Virus record (IMG/VR): IMGVR_UViG_3300032038_000003
Coordinates: 96,001 to 160,000 of that record
DNA: 64,000 bases
Direction: 5' to 3' (one strand)
From: a virus
Lineage: Duplodnaviria > Caudoviricetes
The notes below the pieces were generated by a model that saw nothing but the letters and a program-made list of their open reading frames with translations, was not told where the DNA came from and made no database searches. Each line of letters begins with the position of its first letter. Position 1 is the stretch's first letter. This document shows positions 9,221 to 19,000 of the stretch, piece by piece. The translations under genes were made by a program, and so were the position numbers.

Positions 9221-11973
9221 GCGTTATCTTCTCCTTTGCCTGGTACAGTGAATAATCTATAACTTATTGTAGCATTGTCAAACAGACTATTCAAAGAGCC
9301 GTACAAAAATTCACCATAATAATACCATTTTTCATCTTCCGTTAACGACTCTACATCACCATTGATAAAATATTGGGTGTTGCTATTATTAACATGGTAA
9401 TAAGGCAGTTCGGAATCTTGTAACAATAATATAGAAGCCAAGTAATCTTTATTTGTATTTGTAACATTGCATAAATCAGCATTAAAATCTGATAGATACA
9501 TTTTTAAATCATTGTAAAAACCCATATATGTGTTATCACAAAAATACAATCTATCATTAAATCCATTACTTTTATTCTTTTTAATTACTATTTTCTTTTC
9601 ATATTGACTTATATTAGTATCTGATATTAACTGATACATACTATTATCAGCAAAGTCAGTAAATGAATCTAAAACTGTATTGTAATGAATTGTCTTAATA
9701 TCTGAATAAGCACTAATTGTAACGTTATCTGTTGTACATAACGTACCACTGTTCTCTTCGTCATTTTCATTGGCGTTTACACATAGCTTATAAGAAATTG
9801 TTTCATTTTGATCTGACGCTTTAATAGTAAACTCATATTGTTCATCTGTATCGGTTACAGAAATACATTTACCAATAATAGTAGGAGGATTAGGTATTTT
9901 TGTATCAAGCGGAGAATGAGTATATGACATATTAGTATTGCAGTTAATTCGTCGTGCATTATTAACAACGACTTCATATGTGAACGGAGGATCACTTCCA
10001 ATTAAATCTCCAGCTGTTTCATAATGTTTGGTAATTGTCCATGATAAATCAGCAGCATCTCCGTTTTTATCTGCGTTGAAAACAACATCACAATCTACTT
10101 CTACTTCTTGTAATACTGATACGGCAAAGTTTTCATCGGTGTTAAAACTATATACAAATTTATCTGCTTCAGTACCGCCACCATTACATTCTTGAGTAAT
10201 GATTTTATAAGTGTGTCCGTTAACAAAAGTGACATTACTCATAGATAACTCTAATGCCTGGTCATTATAATGTGTAGCATTACTGCTGGCATAGTTATCT
10301 GTTACATATGAAAAATTTGTACCATCAATACTTTCCCAAATAGCAAAACCGTACCAGTGTCCAGTATTCATTTTAAGTTTAAATGCACCAGTATAGTTTT
10401 CTCGTGCAGTAAACAGTAATAATTCTTTTAATGCACCAAAGTCTCCATTACCAAGACCGCCAGCACCATATTCAGCGGTTACAGTATGTAAATCATGAAT
10501 ACGTTGAGTTGCAAACGGTATACACATTCTTTTAAATTTAAAATGTGAAGTTGTACTGTCATGTGATATGAGAGTGTTATTGTCTTGAGTACAGCCATTA
10601 TCAACATCTGATACATCACTATTATCTATTTGCAAAAAAGAATTGTTTATTTTATTAGAATTATCTTCTACCCATGCAAATAATATCATTGGATGATAAA
10701 GATAAACAGGCAAGCAAGATAATCTTTTAAAGTAAACATTAATATTATTAGATTCGTCTATTTCGTAGTCCGCATAAATAAAATCATGCTGACTGTCATT
10801 TAACGAATATACATGAGGTAACATATCACGATAATGTTTACCATTTTGATTATATTCAAAAAAGATTTCGAGATCGCCATTGATAATATTATTATTAGCA
10901 AAGTTTTGCAAAACATTACCAGTAATTTGTTTGTTGCACATACATGATAATGCAAGCTTAGTATAGCCATATTTAATATCAAATTCTGAATCGTGATATT
11001 GTCCATGTTTGGTTTTGGTATTAATAGAATCTAAATCATCTAATATAAAGTTTGCCCCAGTAACAGGAATTGTACCAGAGTCTACAACACGAATAGAATG
11101 TTCTAAGGTATCCTTAAGTAAGTTAAACTCTTCATTGCTTAAATAGTTCTTAAGAAGAGTATGAATATATTGTTTAAAACTAAAGTTTTTAACGTCAGTA
11201 TATGTATTTGCATCTCTAACAAAGTCAGAGATCCATAGGTCAATGTTATCATCTACATATTTAAGCTTATTATATATAGGAGTAAAGATATCCTGTAACT
11301 GATTGATATAACGTTGACCGATAGAAGTAAAATATTCATCGGTCTCTTTAAAACGCTCAACTGCTTTTTCAACTCTGGCTACCAGATCTTCTATGAGAAT
11401 CAAATCTATACTTACACGAGATCCAGTATAGATAAGCATATTTAATATATTCTGGTTCGTATGTAAATGGAATCCGCCATTTATTAAATTATACTCTTCA
11501 AGTTTTTCACGTAATCCTTTTACTTCGTCAATCGTATGTATGTGAGCTAATGGAACTCTTGCATTAGAAAGACGATCATCATCACCAGCTACGAGATGGT
11601 CTTCCTGTTTTTCTCCATAATTAAAATAATCTTCGACATCATCATTCCATAATGTTGTACTTTCTGTTGTAATATCACAGAAATCTTTATTAAAAGCAGT
11701 GTTTTTATCGAACGCTTCTTCTCCGCCAAAGTCTCTGATAAACAGATCTATATTACCAGAACGTTCGTTAATACATATGATATATTTATTTGAATAAGCA
11801 TTTAAGATTTCTTTTAATCTTGTATAAGCCTGGATAATAATGGCTTCTTTAGATTCTTGAGAAATCTCATTTTCAATTTGAAAATATCTCTGAATAATAT
11901 TTTTTAAATAAAGAGTAATAGGATCATTCTCTTCTTTAGTGATAATATTATTCTCGTGTTCCTTTAAAGCCAT
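9217..11973 (-). CDS. Tail fibre/receptor-binding protein (918 aa)
   Basis: GDDDRLSNARVPLAHIHTIDEVKGL and HLHTNQNIL are HxH tail-fibre repeats. Paralog of 11988-13265 with a large insertion. Confidence 0.65.
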   Translation of the reverse strand: MALKEHENNIITKEENDPITLYLKNIIQRYFQIENEISQESKEAIIIQAYTRLKEILNAYSNKYIICINERSGNIDLFIRDFGGEEAFDKNTAFNKDFCDITTESTTLWNDDVEDYFNYGEKQEDHLVAGDDDRLSNARVPLAHIHTIDEVKGLREKLEEYNLINGGFHLHTNQNILNMLIYTGSRVSIDLILIEDLVARVEKAVERFKETDEYFTSIGQRYINQLQDIFTPIYNKLKYVDDNIDLWISDFVRDANTYTDVKNFSFKQYIHTLLKNYLSNEEFNLLKDTLEHSIRVVDSGTIPVTGANFILDDLDSINTKTKHGQYHDSEFDIKYGYTKLALSCMCNKQITGNVLQNFANNNIINGDLEIFFEYNQNGKHYRDMLPHVYSLNDSQHDFIYADYEIDESNNINVYFKRLSCLPVYLYHPMILFAWVEDNSNKINNSFLQIDNSDVSDVDNGCTQDNNTLISHDSTTSHFKFKRMCIPFATQRIHDLHTVTAEYGAGGLGNGDFGALKELLLFTARENYTGAFKLKMNTGHWYGFAIWESIDGTNFSYVTDNYASSNATHYNDQALELSMSNVTFVNGHTYKIITQECNGGGTEADKFVYSFNTDENFAVSVLQEVEVDCDVVFNADKNGDAADLSWTITKHYETAGDLIGSDPPFTYEVVVNNARRINCNTNMSYTHSPLDTKIPNPPTIIGKCISVTDTDEQYEFTIKASDQNETISYKLCVNANENDEENSGTLCTTDNVTISAYSDIKTIHYNTVLDSFTDFADNSMYQLISDTNISQYEKKIVIKKNKSNGFNDRLYFCDNTYMGFYNDLKMYLSDFNADLCNVTNTNKDYLASILLLQDSELPYYHVNNSNTQYFINGDVESLTEDEKWYYYGEFLYGSLNSLFDNATISYRLFTVPGKGEDNA

Positions 11974-11987
11974 AAATTATCTACTCC

Positions 11988-13265
11988 TTAATAATATACT
12001 GGGCAAAACGCTTTAGCGTATATGTCACAAACAAGATATCCGTCTAACATTTCATCTGTTAACTGGTTTTCATTGGTTTGAAATACAAGCTGTAATTTAT
12101 TATTATTCTGCTGTATCGCTTCAATGTAACCAGCTATCGTTAACCGAGGAATTAGCGGATACATGAACGGTTTGAACTCTGTACTGAAATTATCCATGTG
12201 AGGTAATGGCTGCTTGATTTTTACACCATTACGCTCATATTGCAAATAAAACTTGAAGATAACTTCTGTACTAGTAGCAATATCAACCGCTCTTTTTAAG
12301 AATTTATCAAGAGTGGCTTGTGATAAAGTAAGATCAGCAATTCTTGTATCTTGGTCTGAACGAATATATAAGTCTCTAATAGACCACATATCGGTATTAA
12401 CAAATGTGTAGCACTGATTTGCAATATCAATGAGTTCTTGTATGTTTTCTTTTTTGACATAATTAGTATCTATATAATTAGTATCTATATAATTAGTAAG
12501 TTCTGTAACGGAATTATCAAATACAGTATCTGTATATTGTTTTGCACGTAATAAATACTCTTCGCATTTTTCTAATACGTATTGATAAATAGCATCAATA
12601 CGCTGATTGATTGTAACCAATTCGGCATTAATTCTATCGATTTCTGTTTCAGTATCTCTGATATATTTTTCAATATCTTGTCTTATCTGTTCTGTGATTT
12701 GATTAATCTTAGGTTCAAGAGTATCCAGGATACCAAGATCAATACTTGTTTTATCACCAGTATATTCAAGAATATTAAGAAGGTCTTTATTTGCATGGGT
12801 GTGATTATACACATCTGTACGTTCTATTTGTCCTATAATAGTAGATAAGATACCATCTAAACCTCTGATATCACTAATTTCGTGTTCATGTTTAATAGGT
12901 TTTCTAGCATCATATAATCTTGGATCATTACCTTCACATGCTGTATTTGCAGTGTTACCAAAGTTAACATTAAATGCAGAAAGCTTGGGAGAGATTAATG
13001 GTTCTCCACCCAAGTCTTCAAGAGTAATGCTAACATCTCCAGTTCTTGTTTCTCCGTTTGGCAGAGTAATACTAAGAACACCCAAAGAGTTATAATCCAT
13101 TTCTGTTCTTAATCTATCAACAGCTTCACGAATTATATACTCTTTGGATCCTTCAAGAGCTTCGTTAGAATCTCTAAAATATTCTTGAATGATATTTAAT
13201 AAGTACTTCTCTACGGAATCCGTAGATTTAATATACATATTATTTTGAAGTTCTTCTATTCTCAT
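11988..13265 (-). CDS. Tail fibre protein (425 aa)
   Basis: SAFNVNFGNTANTACEGNDPRLYDARKPIKHEHEISDIRGL and HTHANKDLL are phage tail-fibre motifs, followed by coiled coil. Confidence 0.7.
   Translation of the reverse strand: MRIEELQNNMYIKSTDSVEKYLLNIIQEYFRDSNEALEGSKEYIIREAVDRLRTEMDYNSLGVLSITLPNGETRTGDVSITLEDLGGEPLISPKLSAFNVNFGNTANTACEGNDPRLYDARKPIKHEHEISDIRGLDGILSTIIGQIERTDVYNHTHANKDLLNILEYTGDKTSIDLGILDTLEPKINQITEQIRQDIEKYIRDTETEIDRINAELVTINQRIDAIYQYVLEKCEEYLLRAKQYTDTVFDNSVTELTNYIDTNYIDTNYVKKENIQELIDIANQCYTFVNTDMWSIRDLYIRSDQDTRIADLTLSQATLDKFLKRAVDIATSTEVIFKFYLQYERNGVKIKQPLPHMDNFSTEFKPFMYPLIPRLTIAGYIEAIQQNNNKLQLVFQTNENQLTDEMLDGYLVCDIYAKAFCPVYY
12459..12498. repeat. In-frame 15-bp tandem repeat (about 2.7 copies) encoding TNYID-TNYID-TNY
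   Basis: ataattagtatctat x2 followed by ataattagta. Confidence 0.9.
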
Positions 13266-13666
13266 ATGGCAGCAACCCTTTGTGTATTAATTTTATCCAT
13301 GTCACTAAGTTCTTTATAGATGGACTTATAGATTTGTTCGTTTTCTGCACTCAGTTTAGTGACTTTTACTCCATTCATATATTCTTTAGTAACTTTAGTA
13401 ATCTGTCTAACCTTTGTTAAGACAGATTCTATTTCACCATAACTTGTAAGATAAGGTTCGTAATAAAGTTTATGGAGCTGCGATACAGCACCAACAGAAT
13501 GATAGTTATCCCATTCTGTTCTAATATAATGAAGTCTTCCCTGGTCATTCCAATCGAATGTGAGGTAAACAGTGTCAAGTGGTTCTATGACCTTTACTAC
13601 TTTATCTTCTTGAGCACGATCCCTAACTATAATAGTTAATCCATCGTCATCGCCTACCTCTATACT
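13262..13666 (-). CDS. 134-codon open frame without a usable 5' start; probable +1 frameshift extension of 13665-14321
   Basis: Hand translation SIEVGDDDGLTIIVRDRAQEDKVVKVIEPLDTVYLTFDWNDQGRLHYI...QRVAAI*. It fills the operon gap and ends in an ATGA overlap with the next gene. Confidence 0.7.
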   Translation of the reverse strand, partial: SIEVGDDDGLTIIVRDRAQEDKVVKVIEPLDTVYLTFDWNDQGRLHYIRTEWDNYHSVGAVSQLHKLYYEPYLTSYGEIESVLTKVRQITKVTKEYMNGVKVTKLSAENEQIYKSIYKELSDMDKINTQRVAAI

Positions 13667-13673
13667 AGGGAAA
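13665..13673 (-). promoter_or_regulatory. Putative +1 programmed ribosomal frameshift site TTT-CCC-TAG
   Basis: Pro CCC codon directly before a stop. The +1 frame reads TTC-CCT-AGT and stays open for 134 codons. Confidence 0.65.
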
Positions 13674-14321
13674 TCTCATAAGGTCTGGATTTGTAAGTCC
13701 ATAATTAGCTTCGACTTGTGCATCCCAGTAAAGAATACCATATCCATTAAGTACAGGATATTCGTTTAACTGATTAGGAGTAAACTGAGCAACCAAAACG
13801 AAACCTTGTGTAATGTTCTTTGTTAAATGTAATGGCAATTTAATCTGATTAGCTTCGATAGGCCATCTTTCGCCAGTATACATCTCAAGATAGTATTTGA
13901 TAGAAGCACCTACTGGAACTTCTTGACTTGTTACCAAGAAGAAATCATTCATTTCAATATCTGCACCATGAGGGCTATATATTCTGACAGATTTGAATTC
14001 TCCAGGCTTCGATTTATCTTTTAATGATACTTGGCTGGTTTTTTCTAAAATACATACATTGTTTGAATCAGTAAGATTGATTTTTTTACCGTCTTGGAAA
14101 TAATCAATCGAACATGAATTACAATATAAGTTGTTATCTAAAATAGTATAAACCCTTTCTTCAAAGGCTTTATCTTTAACATCATTTGTTTCCTGTTGAG
14201 TAGCGTTAACATCTTGCTGTAATGAATTTACGGTTTGAGCATTAACCCTTTCACTAGACTCGTTAACGTGTCTTTTGTATTGGGTATATTGTCTTTTGTT
14301 GTTGTTTTCATTCATTGCCAT
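13665..14321 (-). CDS. Virion structural protein (218 aa; predicted 352-aa frameshifted form)
   Basis: AGGAGGG RBS. Ends ...DLMRFP at CCC-TAG. Confidence 0.75.
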   Translation of the reverse strand: MAMNENNNKRQYTQYKRHVNESSERVNAQTVNSLQQDVNATQQETNDVKDKAFEERVYTILDNNLYCNSCSIDYFQDGKKINLTDSNNVCILEKTSQVSLKDKSKPGEFKSVRIYSPHGADIEMNDFFLVTSQEVPVGASIKYYLEMYTGERWPIEANQIKLPLHLTKNITQGFVLVAQFTPNQLNEYPVLNGYGILYWDAQVEANYGLTNPDLMRFP

Positions 14322-14336
14322 AGCGTATAACCCTCC

Positions 14337-14828
14337 TTAAATAATGACGTTATGGTTTCCGTAAGTATAAGTATCAGCAAAGATCGGTTTGATTCTAATC
14401 TGGCAGTTAGATTCAAGTGGATAAGTTCTTGTAATCATATCTCTAAAATACTCAACTCGTATTTTGTCGTTTAAATCAAGAGGTTTAAGGTTTTTATCAA
14501 TAGTAATAAATCTATTATATTTATTATATTGATAATAAAGAGTATTCAAAACAGCGTCATTAATATATACCTTGAACTTATGATCTCTGTCGGTATATAA
14601 ATCTTTAGGTAATTCCCATGTATAGTTATCATTATATTCAAGGTCTATACTGGTACGCTCAACATTTGGTTCAGAAGGATTATCGAAAGCGTCTATGAGT
14701 TCTTCACGAATACCAGAAGAATAATTATCATCTGGAAATAAACCATAGACTTCATATCCTTGAACATGCTTATTATTAAGCCTTTTAAATGTAATTGTCT
14801 TTGTTAATAATGCTGGGATTAAAGACAT
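14337..14828 (-). CDS. Hypothetical structural protein (163 aa)
   Basis: AAGGAG RBS. Beta-rich (KVYIND...DKIRVEY, similar to segments in the large baseplate proteins). Confidence 0.7.
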   Translation of the reverse strand: MSLIPALLTKTITFKRLNNKHVQGYEVYGLFPDDNYSSGIREELIDAFDNPSEPNVERTSIDLEYNDNYTWELPKDLYTDRDHKFKVYINDAVLNTLYYQYNKYNRFITIDKNLKPLDLNDKIRVEYFRDMITRTYPLESNCQIRIKPIFADTYTYGNHNVII

Positions 14829-14840
14829 ATTTACAACTCC

Positions 14841-15998
14841 TTATGTTTCAAGAACGTAATGAGTATTCTCAGATACGTTCTGATAAACGTCTATTAAATA
14901 TATGTCAAAGACATATAAATTACCAACTACACCAGATATTTGAATATTGATGGTATCCTGTACGCTAGATTCAGAATATACCGCAAGCTTATTGGATTCA
15001 AGTGGGATATTCCACTGGTTATATCCTAATGATTTGTGCTGAGTTTTATCATAATAAATACCGTCTCTTCTTATGATTTCAATCTTGTGAGCATCAGTAT
15101 CATTAATATCAATTACGGTATCTTGATCATCTGGATTTTCTTTATACAGAATAACCATTTTTTCAATACTTACTGGTAATTCACTCTGATATGTCGGCAC
15201 ACTGAATTCACCATAATCAGATCCATAGACATTACGTACCTTATAGGATTTTAATTTTCGATAATTAAATTCCTTATTATCGTTTTGCCATGGATTTTGT
15301 ACTTCAAGTACCATAAATGTATTAGAAATTAAGCTGTGTAATGACACATGTACATTTTGAATTTTAGGAACTGCTTCAACCATTGGTAACCCAAGCTGTT
15401 GAATATTATAAGAACGTGTGACATCACCTATTCTTATTGTATCATCGTTTTCGTTATATGGAATATTATTAACAAGCTGCCATGTATCAGTATCTGAATC
15501 TGTATAATTGTCACATGACCATAGCTGTCTTGTTAAATCGGTTGCATCGATATAGTTAATCAATACACCGCTTACTTTAGATAAGTGTGTCATTTGGTTA
15601 TTTATTTCATCTACTGCAATAACAGAATAGTAAAATACAATACCTTCTTTATGTGTGAGTGGCAAAGGTGAAAGAATTAATTCATTTACATAAGAGTACG
15701 TATTAACTTTTACAAGATTTATTGCAGTTTCATATTCAACAATAGGAACCGTATTGGTCTTTGGACCGTTATAGGTTACACCAGTAGTATCTTGAAGCGT
15801 ATCAAAAATAATATAACAAGGCTTACCGTTATAGCTTTCTGTAGCTGCGGTTGCCTGATCTATAACTATGATTGGTTCAAGATTTGCTACCTTTGATATT
15901 GTATTAATATCATCTGCATTCGTTGAACGGAATATATATAATTTGAGATCGTTGTCGCTTTCTACTTTTGGTATTGTAAGTTTTGCAGTATATCCCAT
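14841..15998 (-). CDS. Hypothetical structural protein (385 aa), possibly FN3-like segments
   Basis: AAGGAG RBS. FYYSVIAVD and YLIDVYQNVSE resemble FN3 F-G strands. Confidence 0.65.
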   Translation of the reverse strand: MGYTAKLTIPKVESDNDLKLYIFRSTNADDINTISKVANLEPIIVIDQATAATESYNGKPCYIIFDTLQDTTGVTYNGPKTNTVPIVEYETAINLVKVNTYSYVNELILSPLPLTHKEGIVFYYSVIAVDEINNQMTHLSKVSGVLINYIDATDLTRQLWSCDNYTDSDTDTWQLVNNIPYNENDDTIRIGDVTRSYNIQQLGLPMVEAVPKIQNVHVSLHSLISNTFMVLEVQNPWQNDNKEFNYRKLKSYKVRNVYGSDYGEFSVPTYQSELPVSIEKMVILYKENPDDQDTVIDINDTDAHKIEIIRRDGIYYDKTQHKSLGYNQWNIPLESNKLAVYSESSVQDTINIQISGVVGNLYVFDIYLIDVYQNVSENTHYVLET

Positions 15999-16014
15999 AT
16001 TAATCTCCTTATAA

Positions 16015-16050
16015 AATTGAGCTGGAAACCTTTGAATTTCCAGCTCAATT
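16015..16050 (-). terminator. Perfect 14-bp inverted repeat; terminator or RNA-processing hairpin
   Basis: aattgagctggaaa-N8-tttccagctcaatt. Short U run and then the RBS of the next gene on the minus strand. Confidence 0.6.
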
Positions 16051-16079
16051 GCAAAGCTTTCCTGTTATTTATTATATTA

Positions 16080-19000
16080 TTAAACCGCAACACATTCAAG
16101 AAAGATTTCTGGTGTGATGTCTATCACGTTAGTATAGTTGTCTTGTATCTCTAATGTATATTGAGGCAAGTCTTCTTTCTTGTATGAGTCTACAAATTCA
16201 ATAATTGGATAAATACCAGCTCCAAGCCAACGTTTAACTTTTTGTTCTACGTCAGCAGTGGTAAATCTGCCACCATATTCTTTTAAAATTCTATTGTCGA
16301 GCCTTACAATAATAACACCGTTTTCTTGATATGGCTTACCATCGTAATAACCAATATCAAGATAGAAGTCTGATTCTGGCTCAAGTTCGTGTCGTAATGA
16401 ATCAGACATTGCTTCAAGGACACCACCGCCACGAGTTCTTGAATCAGTAATAATAGTTGAATGTAATGAAGTATCTTGTCTGATATATACAGAACCGATT
16501 AACATATCTTCGTCTGCTGCTGGTTCTGCATTATCGATTTGGTGATATAAGCAGTTTTCGTTTTCTGATATTACTTTTGATACTTCGTCAACTGGAGTAA
16601 TTTCTGTACCAGTATATTCTTCTTCAACATCTTCAAAACCGTCAAGTAATGTCTCTGTAGTTTCTCTTGGAGTACGAGTAACGATATTAACCTTAAGAGG
16701 GCTTGCGATATTAAACGTATATACAAATTTGTCTGCGTCTTGTCCGCCAGCACTACATTCTTTTGTTAATATACGATATGTTCGTCCAGGCAAGAAGATT
16801 ACTTCGTCAATTGAAAACGTATATGGATTCATCGTATGTGTATGTCCATCTGCTGGTGCAGTATAGAGAGTAGTCCATACTTCTGGGAAATCGTCTTCGC
16901 TTTCAAGTATTTGTATTTGGAATCCATCCCAATGACCAGTACCCATTGTCATATTAAATGGTCCATTGTATTCAATTTCGTTTTCATTAACTGTAAACGA
17001 TAATACTTCTTTCCAATCTGGTGAAAATTCAGAATACTTAGTAACCACTTCTGAGATATCCATGTCTGGACTGTATTGTTTTTCAACCCATCTTTTAGTT
17101 TCAGTTTTATATTTTGGCTGTTTAACGGTTCTCGTTTTTGTAACTTCAGTTGCCGTTACGCCGTCTTTACCATAATATAAGCTATCTGCATCTGCACTAA
17201 TTTCGTAAATACCAGTAGGCTTTAAGAAAAAGTAGATAACTTTATTAAATAAGTTTTTCGAAGGACTTACTTCTGATGGTAAATAGTTAGGGTTGTTATA
17301 AGTATGATAGATATTAGGATTTAAATCTATTCTTACAAAGTCAGCAGCGTCTCTCCAATATCCACGATAATGATAATTTTCTTCTAAGTAAGTATAGTTA
17401 GCAATAATCTTATCATTTTCTGAGATAGCTTCTTTAATGATAACGACACCGTCTGTGAACGATACATTTTCAACCGTTAACTCAAACAACTCGTCATCTA
17501 TCTTTTTGAAGACATGCATAGTTAACAGTTTATAATTCTCGTCATATAAAACATGCAATGGATAACATAAAGTTTTAATCATGTGAGGATTAAGTATTGT
17601 TACTTGTTCGTTTTCAATATCTACATATGGTTGTCCATAAGTAGTTGAATAATGCTGGGTATCATATTCTGGCATAGAGTAACATACTTTAGTATGAGCA
17701 CCGTATTGATCCATGATTCTTGAGAAATGTCCAAACTGAATCATTGGATACCATGATTCTAATAATTTTTCTTCTCTTGGTGCTTTAACTCTAATGTTTC
17801 GAGAGTCTATACATTTAACTTTGTATCCTTGATAAATATATTTTCCATCTGTCCAGTATGGATTTTCCATATCAAGTTTCTTAGTATATGCTGCATGAAC
17901 TATATCGTAAAATCCAGTATCAATAGTTGTTTCTGCTGTAATAAAACCAGATCCATCTGGATTACATTTGATATTAACAGATCCAGCATTGTTAATATTA
18001 TGTATAATTACAGAATAAACAAATGTATCAGCAGTATCTGATATTACTGGTTCATAATCATCATCTGCTGATTGATAGTCAGCTTGATCGTTCATACATA
18101 ATTGTTTTGGAGAACATGGAACGGAATCTCCGTTTAATTTAGGAGAAATGATCATACCACGTCCTTCAAAGTCTTTATATTCACAAGGAATACAATAATC
18201 TTTATTTAAAATACTTGATTGACGTATTTCGCTATAAAAGACTTTGTTGTTATCTTTATCTACAGCCATTACTTGCCATTCGAAAGTAACACGATATCTT
18301 TCATCTTTGAGAGGCATGTAATTCAAAATTTGAATATAGCTGAGTCTTGTTTTGCGGTTAACTTTACAAAGACGATAATCAACACCCTCTACCATATAAG
18401 GAGCATTATATATATCTTCTTCGATACCATTATTTAAAACTTTGTTATCATCATCAATATCATTAAATCCGTTATAAACGACTTTAAATGTATCTGTAGA
18501 GCTTGATACAAAGTTAGTAAACAAGTCGGCGTAATAACATTTAGGAATTAATTTCGTTGTAGGTTTATTATACTGATCATAAGTGGTTTGTTCTGTATAT
18601 TCTGCTACTGAAAGCTTCATGTTATGTTTATAATTTTCTGGTACGTCTTTTAGCATACTCGTATAGATTTGAACAGCATCACCTTTATACATACCGTTTT
18701 CATCTGGTCCACGGTAATCATATATAGGCTGTTTTAATCTATATTTATAAAAACATCCTTCACCATCTTTAAATATATCAGTAACATAAACCGTATCTGC
18801 TTCTAATCGATAATAACTACGATATTCAACTGAATACGTAGGTCGATTATCTTTATCTGTTTCTGTTTTTAATCCTTCAACAATCTGACGCAAATAACCG
18901 TCTTGGTCTGGGAACATAACGATTTCGTTATCTTCATCAGCGTTTTGGTTGCCAACAGAATTACCTTTGGTAACAGAACCCATATAGAAAGCAATACCGT

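Noticed and set aside
12459-12498. Short direct repeats (also 48691-48736) as CRISPR or DGR repeats
   Set aside because: They are spacerless in-frame tandem duplications. No reverse transcriptase or adenine-variant repeat pair was seen.
13637-13661. GAGGTAGG followed by ATG as an independent start for the 13262-13666 frame
   Set aside because: Those ATGs are in another frame and give only MTMD*.
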